From Promethearchaeia archaeon (GTDB taxonomy: Archaea; Asgardarchaeota; Lokiarchaeia; Sigyniarchaeales; SOKP01): a stretch of 64,000 nt of DNA. The translations under genes were made by a program, and so were the position numbers. The notes below the pieces were generated by a model. It was given only the letters and a program-made list of their open reading frames with translations, was not told the origin of the DNA and made no database searches. How positions within the stretch are numbered: the first letter of the stretch is position 1; each line of letters begins with the position of its first letter. Below are positions 10,465 through 19,820 of this stretch, in pieces. The stretch is taken from positions 1 to 64,000 of the forward strand of contig JAHQWJ010000009.1 of assembly GCA_029856125.1 (NCBI GenBank), written 5' to 3'.

Positions 10465-10932
10465 TTAAACATATTCAATCTTAACTGCTTCGCGAGGACA
10501 ATAGGTTTCACAAACGCGACATTCCCTCTCTCTTCCTCCCGCTTCTAACCTTCTACAATGTTCAATTTTTAACAATTCACATTTTCCTCCTACTACCTGA
10601 AAGAGTTGGTGTTCCTCAGGAGGATATTCTGGAGCTTTACCACTTAAACTAGATGGACAATATCTTGCGTTTACGGGACAAACAGTGACGCAAATTCCAC
10701 AACCATCACAAAGATCTTCATCGATATTTATTTTTAGCTCCTTTTGTTGCCCTTCTTCTGAACCAAGAATCTCTTTTAATGTATCATATTGTTTTTTATA
10801 CTTCGGCTCTAAAAGCGGAGGGCAATCGTCAATTTTAACTTTACCCTGCAATAAATCTAAACTAAACGCCATACATGTAGGCTTTCCGCATTTTTTACAG
10901 TTGGTTTTTGGTAGAAATTTATACAATTCCAT
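10465..10932 (-). CDS. FwdG-like ferredoxin with N-terminal putative Fe-S (RnfB/CdhE-type) domain; true start possibly 10950
   Basis: LPKTNCKKCGKPTCMAF...CP; CDGCGICVTVCP; CRVCETYCP; first gene of the fwd cluster. Confidence 0.8.
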   Translation of the reverse strand: MELYKFLPKTNCKKCGKPTCMAFSLDLLQGKVKIDDCPPLLEPKYKKQYDTLKEILGSEEGQQKELKINIDEDLCDGCGICVTVCPVNARYCPSSLSGKAPEYPPEEHQLFQVVGGKCELLKIEHCRRLEAGGRERECRVCETYCPREAVKIEYV

Positions 10933-11086
10933 AAAGTTTTGAACTGGTAAATTAATTCACCTTATAAGTATAATTAATATAGAGTCTCACGAGTCTATAA
11001 TATTTAGAAACTTATTAATTTCTTTAGATTATTGAATATAAATTAATCCGCTCCTACTGCTCATCTCAACATATAGGCGGAAATCT

Positions 11087-11221
11087 ATGTTAGTTAATTA
11101 TAAAGATCTTATTCCATCCATTGTCCTGTTGATAACTGTTATTATATATTGGAAATTTTATCCCATTACACCACAAGTATGGATGGAAAATAAGAAAAAG
11201 CTCAAAGAACTTGGATTCTAA
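11087..11221 (+). pseudogene. Remnant C-terminus of an MFS/GPH-type transporter
   Basis: Manual translation MLVNYKDLIPSIVLLITVIIYWKFYPITPQVWMENKKKLKELGF*, which resembles the last TM and tail of MFS_2 transporters. Confidence 0.55.
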
Positions 11222-11261
11222 TCAAAAAATAAATTTAAATCCTTCTTTTTTTTTAATTTAG

Positions 11262-12185
11262 TTATAATTTTGAGAGAACGTGTTTTAGTTTTGTGTATAT
11301 GCTGTTAATTGCTTGACTAGCGTCTGATTCGGGTGCGTAATCTACAACAGGTTTTGCGTAAGACATAGCTTCCGGAATAGACAGGTCGAAGTTGATTTTG
11401 CCTAAAATTTCATGACTCGATTTTTTGATGTAGCTGTTTAATTGCTTTTGGGATGCGCTTTTTAAATCTGCTTTATTTATGACAATCCCGAAAGGAATGT
11501 TAAACTGGGTAACCATTTCAAGTGCTCGTGTTAAATCGTGTATTCCTGAAGGCGTTGGCTCTGTAATTGCAACTACATAGTCTAAACCTGAAACTGTAGC
11601 AATTACGGGGCAGCCTATTCCTGGTGGACCATCAATTAGAATTAAGTTTGTATCTTCATATTTTTTAAGATGATTTGCGTGTTCCTTAACCTCTGAAACC
11701 AATAAACCAGAGGTGGTGCTTCCCAATTTAGTTTTTCCATAAATTAAAGGTAATTCGCTACTGGTTTCATAAGATATTATTTCTCCGCTTTTAACTGGAT
11801 TAATTTCAAAAGCGCTTTCAGGGCATAAAACTTTACAAGCTCCACATCCTTCACACGCTAAATAGTTGATAATAGGAATATTATTGTTCTCATCCCAATT
11901 TAACGCTTTAAATTCACAAAAATGCTCGTCATAACATTGTTTGCATTGTGTGCATTTATCCTCTAAGAATGTGGCTTTTTTTGTCGTATACATATCTTGG
12001 GTTAGTACTTCTTCCTTAGACTTAGCTGGTAATATTAGGGCTAAATTAGGGGCATCGACATCGCAATCTAATACTATTAGATTAACATCGTGATCTTTGT
12101 GAGCTAAACTAGCTAACGAAGCTACGAGGGAAGTTTTTCCTACTCCTCCTTTTCCAGAGATAACAGCAATCTTCTTTCTATTCAC
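11262..12185 (-). CDS. MinD-superfamily P-loop ATPase with inserted 4Fe-4S domain
   Basis: SGKGGVGKT, DCDVDAPN, CEGCGACKVLCP, DGPPGIGCP, TEPT. Confidence 0.92.
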   Translation of the reverse strand: MNRKKIAVISGKGGVGKTSLVASLASLAHKDHDVNLIVLDCDVDAPNLALILPAKSKEEVLTQDMYTTKKATFLEDKCTQCKQCYDEHFCEFKALNWDENNNIPIINYLACEGCGACKVLCPESAFEINPVKSGEIISYETSSELPLIYGKTKLGSTTSGLLVSEVKEHANHLKKYEDTNLILIDGPPGIGCPVIATVSGLDYVVAITEPTPSGIHDLTRALEMVTQFNIPFGIVINKADLKSASQKQLNSYIKKSSHEILGKINFDLSIPEAMSYAKPVVDYAPESDASQAINSIYTKLKHVLSKL

Positions 12186-13099
12186 TTTGAAAATTCACTC
12201 CACTCTATAAGATTCTCAAAAATTTTAGTAAACGATTTGTAGCCAGCTCCATCCCTATCAAACTTGCTTTTTTCTTCCATTAAAGGAATCCCTTGACAAT
12301 ACGAACTCACAATTTCTTCGTCTAAAGGAATGTCGCCTAAAACTTCTACACCATTTTCTTCTAATTCTTTTAAAAATTTCTCTTTATAACCCAGCAGCGA
12401 TGATCGATTCACAATAGCCTTGTATTCTTTTTTCAATAAAGTAATCAGTTCTATGATTCTCAGTAAATCGAGCTTTCCGAACCTCGTGGGTTCTGTAACT
12501 GGTATGACAAGATCAGCTCCATTAATCAATTCTTCTACGTCGCAATGAGCTCCAGGTGCTGTGTCCAATATAACGATGTCATATTTCTCTGGCTCTGTTT
12601 CTATAACCTCTTCTAAATTCTCCATGAGTTTATTTACAATCACGGCTGAGCGCGCTTCCGATGGCTTTAATTCGCCTAGAAAAAGATCTATGTTAAGTGC
12701 GGAGGCTGTGTAAGTCCATCCAATAACTTTTAAGTCGGGTTCAATGGCGTTAGTCGGACAAATCTTATAGCATAATTTGCAACCTGAACAGACAGTCGAT
12801 ATCGGAATTGGATAGGAATCTTTTATGTATAATAGTGCGTGAGTTCCGCAATTTTCTGCGCACAACCCACACTTATTACATTTATCTTCATTTATTTTTG
12901 GTAGGAAATATAAAACTTCTGTTTTATTCTTAAGCTTTGCGTTCAATAATAAAAACGTATTAGGATTTTCAACATCGCCGTCGATAAGAAGTACTTTATA
13001 TCCCTTATTTTTAAACATTATTGCCAAATTCACGGCCACGAGCGTTTTTCCCGTTCCGCCCTTGCCACCTGTAACACAGATAATTTTAGGTTTGACCAT
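12182..13099 (-). CDS. MinD-superfamily P-loop ATPase with inserted 4Fe-4S domain (paralog)
   Basis: GGKGGTGKT, DVENPN, two CxxCxxC motifs, DTAPGAHC, TEPT; 4-bp overlap with the next gene. Confidence 0.92.
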   Translation of the reverse strand: MVKPKIICVTGGKGGTGKTLVAVNLAIMFKNKGYKVLLIDGDVENPNTFLLLNAKLKNKTEVLYFLPKINEDKCNKCGLCAENCGTHALLYIKDSYPIPISTVCSGCKLCYKICPTNAIEPDLKVIGWTYTASALNIDLFLGELKPSEARSAVIVNKLMENLEEVIETEPEKYDIVILDTAPGAHCDVEELINGADLVIPVTEPTRFGKLDLLRIIELITLLKKEYKAIVNRSSLLGYKEKFLKELEENGVEVLGDIPLDEEIVSSYCQGIPLMEEKSKFDRDGAGYKSFTKIFENLIEWSEFSK

Positions 13100-13154
13100 T
13101 TTAATCTAGCTTTTTATTAAATAGGTTATCCATATTTATTTTACTAAATTAAAA

Positions 13155-13589
13155 TTATTGTCTCCTTCTACCGCCACCACCGCCCATGCCTGCGCCTCGG
13201 CCTCCGCCCATACCTGCGTGAGCTCCAACATTTGAAGCCGTAAGAACTGGCAATTTATCACTTAAACGTAAGTCTATCAATTCTTTCACAGTTAAACTTC
13301 CACCCTGTGATTGATAAATTTTAAGATTCAAAGCGCTTAAAGAATTCATTGCGTTAGGACCTAAATTGCCTACAATGACTTCTGTAGCTCCGTTATTACC
13401 AATGACTTGAGCTGCTGCAATTCCCGCACCGCCCATCGCACCCTGCGCATCATTCGCAACGGATTTAACTTCTACTATTTCGTTATTCTCAATTGTAACA
13501 AAGGTGAAGCTGCTGCACCTTCCAAAACGTTGATTCATAACCTCTTTCAAGCCTTGATTTCCAAAAGTAGGAATACCAACTATTACCAT
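13155..13589 (-). CDS. NifB/NifX-family (dinitrogenase FeMo-cofactor-binding domain) protein with Gly/Arg-rich tail
   Basis: RFGRCSSF, GAG, GNLGPNA; tail GMGGGRGAGMGGGGGRRRQ. Confidence 0.88.
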   Translation of the reverse strand: MVIVGIPTFGNQGLKEVMNQRFGRCSSFTFVTIENNEIVEVKSVANDAQGAMGGAGIAAAQVIGNNGATEVIVGNLGPNAMNSLSALNLKIYQSQGGSLTVKELIDLRLSDKLPVLTASNVGAHAGMGGGRGAGMGGGGGRRRQ

Positions 13590-13648
13590 TTTTTATATAT
13601 CACCATTTAAAGTATGAGTAAACTAAATTTTATTATAATATAAGTTTT

Positions 13649-13664
13649 ATGAATAATTATTCTA
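13649..13664. promoter_or_regulatory. Palindromic operator candidate ATGAATAATTATTCTA
   Basis: Matches the recurring ATGAATnATnATTCAT motif; about 60 bp upstream of the NifB/NifX-MinD operon. Confidence 0.65.
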
Positions 13665-13809
13665 AATAATTATCACGAAGAACAAATAACTTATAATCAC
13701 TCTTCTGAAAACTCAGAAGGATAATCGGCTTGTTTTCTTAAAAATGTAATTTATTGGGTTCTGTTAAAAAAAACAAGCAATCTATAAAAATTCCACAAAG
13801 GAGTACAAT

Positions 13810-14196
13810 TTACGCCAGATCTCTATCAAATATAAGATCTTCTGCCGGAGTTATTTTTAATTTCCCTTTTAAATAAAGAGCTAATAGATCTTTTACGAGT
13901 ATACTTCCATCAGGCGCTTGGTATGTTTTAACATTTAAAGAATTTAGTGCCATTGAAGCATTTGGCCCCAATTTCTTAACAATCAACTTTTCGGCGCCAT
14001 TATTTCTAACAATTTTAGCTGCTAAAGTTCCTCTACTTCTGGTTTCATCAGCCGCAGAATTTTCAATTACTTTAACCTGTGTAATTTCATTATTATCTAA
14101 TGTAATGAAAGTAAAACTCTCGCACATTCCAAATTTGGGGTGGACCTTTTCGTTTAATCCTCCCTCCCTATGACTCGGGATTGCTATTATTTCCAT
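13810..14196 (-). CDS. NifB/NifX-family protein
   Basis: HPKFGMCESF, LGPNA motifs. Confidence 0.85.
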   Translation of the reverse strand: MEIIAIPSHREGGLNEKVHPKFGMCESFTFITLDNNEITQVKVIENSAADETRSRGTLAAKIVRNNGAEKLIVKKLGPNASMALNSLNVKTYQAPDGSILVKDLLALYLKGKLKITPAEDLIFDRDLA

Positions 14197-14376
14197 TTTA
14201 GTATTACCTCTATATACTAATCTTAACCTTAATTTGATTTATACTTAACTAGAAATGTGGTTATAGACTTGAATAATTAACTAAAAATTTAAAAGGTTAT
14301 TATAGATGCAACCACATATTCCAAATAAATTTCTATACCAATTCCTTATATAATGTGAGGGAAAAATTAAAGAATA

Positions 14377-14392
14377 AAGAATAATTATTCAT
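14377..14392. promoter_or_regulatory. Palindromic operator candidate AAGAATAATTATTCAT
   Basis: Motif copy midway in the divergent NifX/Mrp intergenic region. Confidence 0.6.
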
Positions 14393-14568
14393 AAAATGAT
14401 TTTGATTTTATAATTAAATCTGGATAAATTAAACTTAAATATAATTGAAAGCATGTAAGCCTTTTCAAAATATTAGCGATAAATTAAAGGAGATAATTGT
14501 ATATTTAAAATCATAAGCATAAATTAAAGAAATTAATAGTTAAAATCAATTAAAAAAGTGAATGAAAT

Positions 14569-15441
14569 ATGGGAGAAGATGAAATACCCGATATAGATTT
14601 AAAAGAAACAGTAGCCCAAGGTAAGCAAGAGAAACTGGACCAGCAAACGTTGAATATTAATGATAATATGGCTAAAATAAAACATAAAATCGTGGTCATA
14701 TCAGGGAAGGGAGGCGTTGGTAAAACAACTGTAGCAGTGAACCTCGCAATGAGTTTAGCAAGCGTAGGTTTACGCGTAGGGATATTAGACGTAGATATAA
14801 CGGGACCTAATGTAACTAAGATGTTAGGTATTGCCTCTGATGTTAGACCTCGAGTTGATCCCGATGCTAAGAAGTTTTACCCCGTTGATGGCCCCTTAAA
14901 CACTAAAGTAGTTAGTATGGCTTTTCTGATAGAAGATAGCGATACTCCAGTAATTTGGCGAGGTCCAATGAAAATGTCGGCAGTAAGACAATTTTTGGGA
15001 GAAGCCTTATGGGGAGACCTTGATTACCTAATCTGTGATTTACCTCCTGGCACTTCTGATGAAACTCTTGATATACTACAACTAATTCCAGACGAAAATG
15101 TAGTTGTTGTATCCACACCGCAAGAAGTTGCACTTATGGACGCTCGAAAGACAATTGTAATGGCAAAAACAATGGAAAGACATGTCCTTGGGATAATTGA
15201 AAATATGTCCGGTTTTAAATGCCCTCATTGTAGCGAATATATTGATCTTTACCCTCCTGGCGGCGCAGAAAAGGCTTCCAAAGATTTTAATATAACATTT
15301 TTAGGACAAATTCCTTTTGAGGTCGAAGTTAGTCAACAAGGAGATAGGGGTTTACCATTTATATTAAAATACCCTGAAAGCGCAAGTACTAAGGCATTTA
15401 AAGCAGCTGTATCTAAAATAAGAGAAGAATTAGAAAAATAA
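14569..15441 (+). CDS. Mrp/NBP35 (ApbC) Fe-S cluster carrier ATPase
   Basis: SGKGGVGKT, DVDITGP, PVIWRGP, DLPPGTSD, ENMSGFKCPHC. Confidence 0.93.
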   Translation: MGEDEIPDIDLKETVAQGKQEKLDQQTLNINDNMAKIKHKIVVISGKGGVGKTTVAVNLAMSLASVGLRVGILDVDITGPNVTKMLGIASDVRPRVDPDAKKFYPVDGPLNTKVVSMAFLIEDSDTPVIWRGPMKMSAVRQFLGEALWGDLDYLICDLPPGTSDETLDILQLIPDENVVVVSTPQEVALMDARKTIVMAKTMERHVLGIIENMSGFKCPHCSEYIDLYPPGGAEKASKDFNITFLGQIPFEVEVSQQGDRGLPFILKYPESASTKAFKAAVSKIREELEK

Positions 15442-15470
15442 ATTTTTATAACTTTTTATTTTAATTTTTA

Positions 15471-15857
15471 TTAGCAGTTATGATCTGAGTGACCACTACC
15501 GCTACCTGCACATTGGGGCTCATTTAGAGATTGTAAATTACCTTGTAAAAATAATTGGATATTATCAGCCAGAGTTCCCTTTACTCCTTTAAATAATCCA
15601 ATTCCATAGTGAGTGAACCCTGCATATGGTCGTCCACCTATGCCTCCCACAATCATATCTGTTACGCTTCTTTGTTTCATGTCATTAACTGGTTCCATAC
15701 AACCCTGATGCCCATTATTTTGTAAAGAAAATACCTTCTTCACATTTTTTTCTTCGTCAATTTCAATTCCTACATAATACCTACAATGACCAAAATGTTC
15801 TGAAATTGCGTCGGATAGTTCTGGTCCATCGGAAGGAATTCCTATAACTTGATTCAT
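15471..15857 (-). CDS. NifB/NifX-family protein
   Basis: SEHFGHC, HQGC, GGIG motifs. Confidence 0.87.
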   Translation of the reverse strand: MNQVIGIPSDGPELSDAISEHFGHCRYYVGIEIDEEKNVKKVFSLQNNGHQGCMEPVNDMKQRSVTDMIVGGIGGRPYAGFTHYGIGLFKGVKGTLADNIQLFLQGNLQSLNEPQCAGSGSGHSDHNC

Positions 15858-15889
15858 TTATATCAGCTTTAATTATAATGTTTTTTTAA

Positions 15890-15905
15890 CTGAATGAGTA
15901 TTCAT
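15890..15905. promoter_or_regulatory. Palindromic operator candidate CTGAATGAGTATTCAT
   Basis: Motif copy about 30 bp upstream of the NifB/NifX gene starting at 15857. Confidence 0.6.
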
Positions 15906-16144
15906 AAGAAGATAAAGTTATCGATTATAAAATATCAAGTCTTTATCTATAGAGAAAAATTAACAATGTGCTATAACCGACAAAAAGTTAAAAGTCCTTG
16001 AAGTCCTATGAACTCTGGGAGTATATATCACCATAATATAAAGTCTGATAAATAAAAAAGAATTTAAACATTTAATTATATGATTTTAATACTCAACTGG
16101 AGAATTTGAAAATCTTCATAATAACAGGGTAAAGGTAATCAAAA

Positions 16145-16636
16145 ATTAACTCAATTCAAAAATCAGATGTTTCAAGGTTTTTAAAAGGGATTATAATTTG
16201 CAAAGAAACGGGTATATATTTATTGGATCTCATTTTGGATTCTGAAATTAATCCTATGTTGCTCTCATCGTTTGTAGGGGCATTGTCCCTATTTGGATCG
16301 GAGAGCTTGGGAAAGATTGAAGAAATTACAATTAAAGGTTTATCCATTCAGATGATCATTGTAAATAAATTTGACCTAGTTTTAATTGCGATAATGGATA
16401 AAGATTTTGTCAAAGAAGATATAAGGGAAGAAGCAGAAAAAGCGCTCGACATGTTTTATCACCTATACCAAAACGAAATTAGTGATTGTACCGATGTTTC
16501 TCAGTTTGAATCATTTAAAAAACTCTTATACGACCAAATTGTTGAGTACTTCAACCGAGTTAATGGGGAAAACACTAAAAAAGAAATCCGAGACTTTGGA
16601 TTTTTCACTGAAGCAATCGCACAAACGAAAAACTAA
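16145..16636 (+). CDS. Longin/roadblock-like protein (Asgard type); ORF-track start 16223 is probably too far downstream
   Basis: In-frame upstream extension FLKGIIICKETGIYLL (beta-hairpin), then LLSSFVGALSLF, F..LY, FESF; open frame back to a TAA at 16136. Confidence 0.7.
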   Translation: MNSIQKSDVSRFLKGIIICKETGIYLLDLILDSEINPMLLSSFVGALSLFGSESLGKIEEITIKGLSIQMIIVNKFDLVLIAIMDKDFVKEDIREEAEKALDMFYHLYQNEISDCTDVSQFESFKKLLYDQIVEYFNRVNGENTKKEIRDFGFFTEAIAQTKN

Positions 16637-16685
16637 AAGAACTAATCTAAATCTTAATTTACAACCTTTTTCTCTTTCTATAACT

Positions 16686-17570
16686 TTAAAAATTCTCAGT
16701 TTTTCTCTTAAAAATTATGTGTCCTTCTTTAACGGAAAACAACCTTACCATCAATGAACATTTAGCTTTTAGTAAATAATATAGTTCTTTATTTGGTATT
16801 TCCATACCGTGTAAGCTTTCGAAATTACCTTGACCTTTTGATAAAATCACGCCATCCTTTAGAAAAAAGTGCTTCTTGAACTCATCTGTAGTTGTTGGAA
16901 GGTCAATACCCGGTGATCCACTTGCTTCTATGACTTGAACTAAATCAGTTAAACCAACGAATTTTGCATCTTCCAAGGTTGCATCGTTGATAATAGGGGC
17001 TGATCGAACCGAACATATAATTTCTAGTTCTGGAAAAGTTTTAAGCATAGTTTCTACCAATAACTTATCAAACACAATCTCCCCGGCATTATCTAATAAA
17101 ATAAGTAAGTGGTCAGTATCTAGAAGCGATTGTTTAAATGTTTCGTAGTCGTTTATTGCTAACTTGTCTGGTGTAAAATTTTTAATGTCATGTATGAAAT
17201 CAATTTTATGGCTGGTGCCAAAATCTATAGTATTTCCAAGAGCAGCCACAATAATGGCCTCAAATAAAGGATCTTCAGCGTTAGTAACTATGTTTCTAGC
17301 CTCATCGTAGAATTGTAAAGCTAACTTATTATATTGTTTTTTTATTGAAGCGTAGGGATCTTTTACACCTAATGCCTCAGAGACAAGGTTGTACGCCACT
17401 TTACCGATTATCGGAGATGCTCTTTTTTCTAAGTCAAAATTAATGAGATACTCCATTAACTTCCTCTGAGTATCTATAATTATCTCACGGGGTGTATCAG
17501 GTTTCAACAATTGAAAGGCTCTCAATACTTGATTAATAAGGCACGGTATACATTCTGGTTCTAAGTACAT
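16686..17570 (-). CDS. DUF89/ARMT1-like damage-control phosphatase
   Basis: ECIPC, GNTIDFG, DNAGEIVFD, INDAT, KGQGNFESL. Confidence 0.92.
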   Translation of the reverse strand: MYLEPECIPCLINQVLRAFQLLKPDTPREIIIDTQRKLMEYLINFDLEKRASPIIGKVAYNLVSEALGVKDPYASIKKQYNKLALQFYDEARNIVTNAEDPLFEAIIVAALGNTIDFGTSHKIDFIHDIKNFTPDKLAINDYETFKQSLLDTDHLLILLDNAGEIVFDKLLVETMLKTFPELEIICSVRSAPIINDATLEDAKFVGLTDLVQVIEASGSPGIDLPTTTDEFKKHFFLKDGVILSKGQGNFESLHGMEIPNKELYYLLKAKCSLMVRLFSVKEGHIIFKRKTENF

Positions 17571-17721
17571 TTCTATTTATCCTTTTAGTCTTATGATAAG
17601 AAAAATTGTTGAAAAATTATAAATCCTTTTGATTATAATAAAAAAAAAAGAATTTTATATATCAAAAGAAAATTATTGTATATTATCATTAAAATCTACT
17701 TTAAAAAAATATGTGATAAAA

Positions 17722-19029
17722 ATGTCAGAAACATCAAAATTTAGAGTTGGACAGACTTTTACTATCGGTTTAGCTTTCTTTTCCTCTGAGATTGCATGGT
17801 CACTGTATAACGCACAAGTTCCTTTGTTATTAAGCGATTATTTTAGTTCTTTATTCGTAATTGGTTTACTTATGGCATTAGATAACATGATTGGGGTAAT
17901 AATTCAGCCTATTATGGGTTCAATCTCCGATAACACACGTACTAAATTCGGAAGAAGAATGCCATATTTGATAGTAGGTATTCCTTTAGGTGCGCTGTTT
18001 TTCTTTTTAATTCCTACACAAACCTCCATTATAATGCTATTAATCTATATGTTCTTTTTTGGATTAAGTATGGGCTTTTACAGAGCCCAAGCTGTTTCAT
18101 TGATGCCAGATTTCGTAAGACCAGTTAATAGAAGTAAAGGAAACGCAATAATAAATCTTATGGGGGGTCTTGGAGTAGCAATCGGATACGGATTTAGTAT
18201 CTTACTCGGCATCATTACCCTACAACTAATGTTTCTTATTATTTCAATAATAATGGTAGTTGCTCTGCTGGTACTATTATGGCGAATAAAAGAAAAAGAT
18301 TCATACAGTTATCAATTAATTCTGGAAATGGAAGGAAAAGAAGGAGAAAAAGTCAAAGAAGAAAAGATTACTCCTGGATTGATCGAGAGTATTAAGGACA
18401 TAGCCTCCGAGGAAGATAGGAGCACCCTTTTTATGTTATTAGCGATCTTCTGTTGGTTCATAGGATACCAGGGAATTGTTGCGCTTATTTCAATTTATGG
18501 CGTGCAGGTGTTAGGTTACAGCGAAGGTCTTGCGGGGTTCTTGCCTTTTATAGTAACTGTTCCTCTTTTGATATCAATATATCCTCTATCGTACCTTCCT
18601 GGAAAAATTGGGAGAAGAAAAACAATTAAAATCGGAGTTATACTTTGGACAGTTATGCTAATTGTTGGATTCTTCATGGGGCTTGCCCAAGTTCAATTAT
18701 ATATAATGGCAATTCCACTTGCTTTACTTGGAATCGGATGGGCAATGATTAACACTAATTCTATCGTAATCGTATGGGAATTAGCTCCTAGTGAAAAGAA
18801 AATTGGGACATATACAGGTCTATATTACTTTTTCAGTTACTTTGCTGCTATATTAGGTCCGATGGTCGTAGGCGGGCTCACTGATTTAATGGGGATACCC
18901 TTCTTACTCCTTAATGGTGCTATATTCTTCATCTTAGCCTTTATTATGATGATGTTCGTAAAAAGAGGCGAAGTAGAACTTACGGAAGAAGAAAAATTAG
19001 CAAGACAAAAAAAAATCCAAGAATTATAA
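17722..19029 (+). CDS. MFS transporter (maltose/sucrose-like); likely start ATG 17722
   Basis: SDNTRTKFGRRMPY motif, about 12 TMs, GTYTGLYY; GTGA 5 nt upstream of ATG 17722. Confidence 0.9.
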   Translation: MSETSKFRVGQTFTIGLAFFSSEIAWSLYNAQVPLLLSDYFSSLFVIGLLMALDNMIGVIIQPIMGSISDNTRTKFGRRMPYLIVGIPLGALFFFLIPTQTSIIMLLIYMFFFGLSMGFYRAQAVSLMPDFVRPVNRSKGNAIINLMGGLGVAIGYGFSILLGIITLQLMFLIISIIMVVALLVLLWRIKEKDSYSYQLILEMEGKEGEKVKEEKITPGLIESIKDIASEEDRSTLFMLLAIFCWFIGYQGIVALISIYGVQVLGYSEGLAGFLPFIVTVPLLISIYPLSYLPGKIGRRKTIKIGVILWTVMLIVGFFMGLAQVQLYIMAIPLALLGIGWAMINTNSIVIVWELAPSEKKIGTYTGLYYFFSYFAAILGPMVVGGLTDLMGIPFLLLNGAIFFILAFIMMMFVKRGEVELTEEEKLARQKKIQEL

Positions 19030-19156
19030 TATAAACAATATTTTTTTTTTATTTTATTAAACTTCATCTACGAGAAGATAGATTCAACTAAGAATCTAAA
19101 GATATTCTTGACTACGATGTTTTAGATTACGAAATTCGATAATTAAGACAAAAGAA

Positions 19157-19309
19157 TTATAGTTCTATTTCAACATTAATCGATTTGATGTCTTCAGGGA
19201 TACCTTTTGCTGCTTTTAAATATGCCAACAACAGGTTTTTCAACATCTCTTCCATAAAATCGTTTAAAGGAACTTTTTCATCGTTTACTTTTATAATTAC
19301 ATTTGACAT
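19157..19309 (-). CDS. Small protein resembling the MobB C-terminal domain
   Basis: Not in track; manual translation MSNVIIKVNDEKVPLNDFMEEMLKNLLLAYLKAAKGIPEDIKSINVEIEL* (50 aa). Confidence 0.7.
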   Translation of the reverse strand: MSNVIIKVNDEKVPLNDFMEEMLKNLLLAYLKAAKGIPEDIKSINVEIEL

Positions 19310-19354
19310 GATTTCTAAGTGATTATTAAAAGATTTAAATTTTGAGTTTATTTT

Positions 19355-19762
19355 TTAAATATTTTCTTGAATTACTTTAAGAGAAAGGTTTTCTAACGCA
19401 TCTGATATTTCTGGCGTTATCGTATGCTCTATTTTGCAGCAGAGTTCGTCGAGTTTATATGTGTTGTCCACGCCTAAAACGTCTTCAAAGAAAAGCTTCA
19501 ATTGGTTATACTTATTAATCGTTATTAACGCAATTTTTTTGCCCTTCGCAGTTAGTCTTACTGATTTCCTTGGATACCAATGTATGTAATTATTCTCTTT
19601 TAATTTATATAACATGCTTGATACTGAAGCGGGCTTAACTTTAAGAAAGTTTGAAATTTCTGAATTTGAGACCCACCCGCCCCTGTTTTTCTTCGATACC
19701 ATATAAATTGCTTTAAGATAATCTTCGTGGGTATCTTTTATTTGCGACATCGTACTCAGCAT
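19355..19762 (-). CDS. DtxR/MntR-family metal-dependent transcriptional regulator
   Basis: EDYLKAIY, VKPASVSSMLYKL, LTAKG, KIEH; true start may be 19750. Confidence 0.88.
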   Translation of the reverse strand: MLSTMSQIKDTHEDYLKAIYMVSKKNRGGWVSNSEISNFLKVKPASVSSMLYKLKENNYIHWYPRKSVRLTAKGKKIALITINKYNQLKLFFEDVLGVDNTYKLDELCCKIEHTITPEISDALENLSLKVIQENI

Positions 19763-19820
19763 TTAATAGCCTAAATTTCTTAATATTTAATTTTTGGTTA
19801 TAAAAAAATGAAAAAAAAAA

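Noticed and set aside
13702-13719. Hairpin CTTCTGA-AAAC-TCAGAAG as ncRNA or terminator
   Set aside because: Single 7-bp stem with no second copy or other support
17629-17721. TTG-started N-terminal extension of the MFS ORF
   Set aside because: Low-complexity A-rich sequence; the ATG at 17722 has an SD-like GTGA
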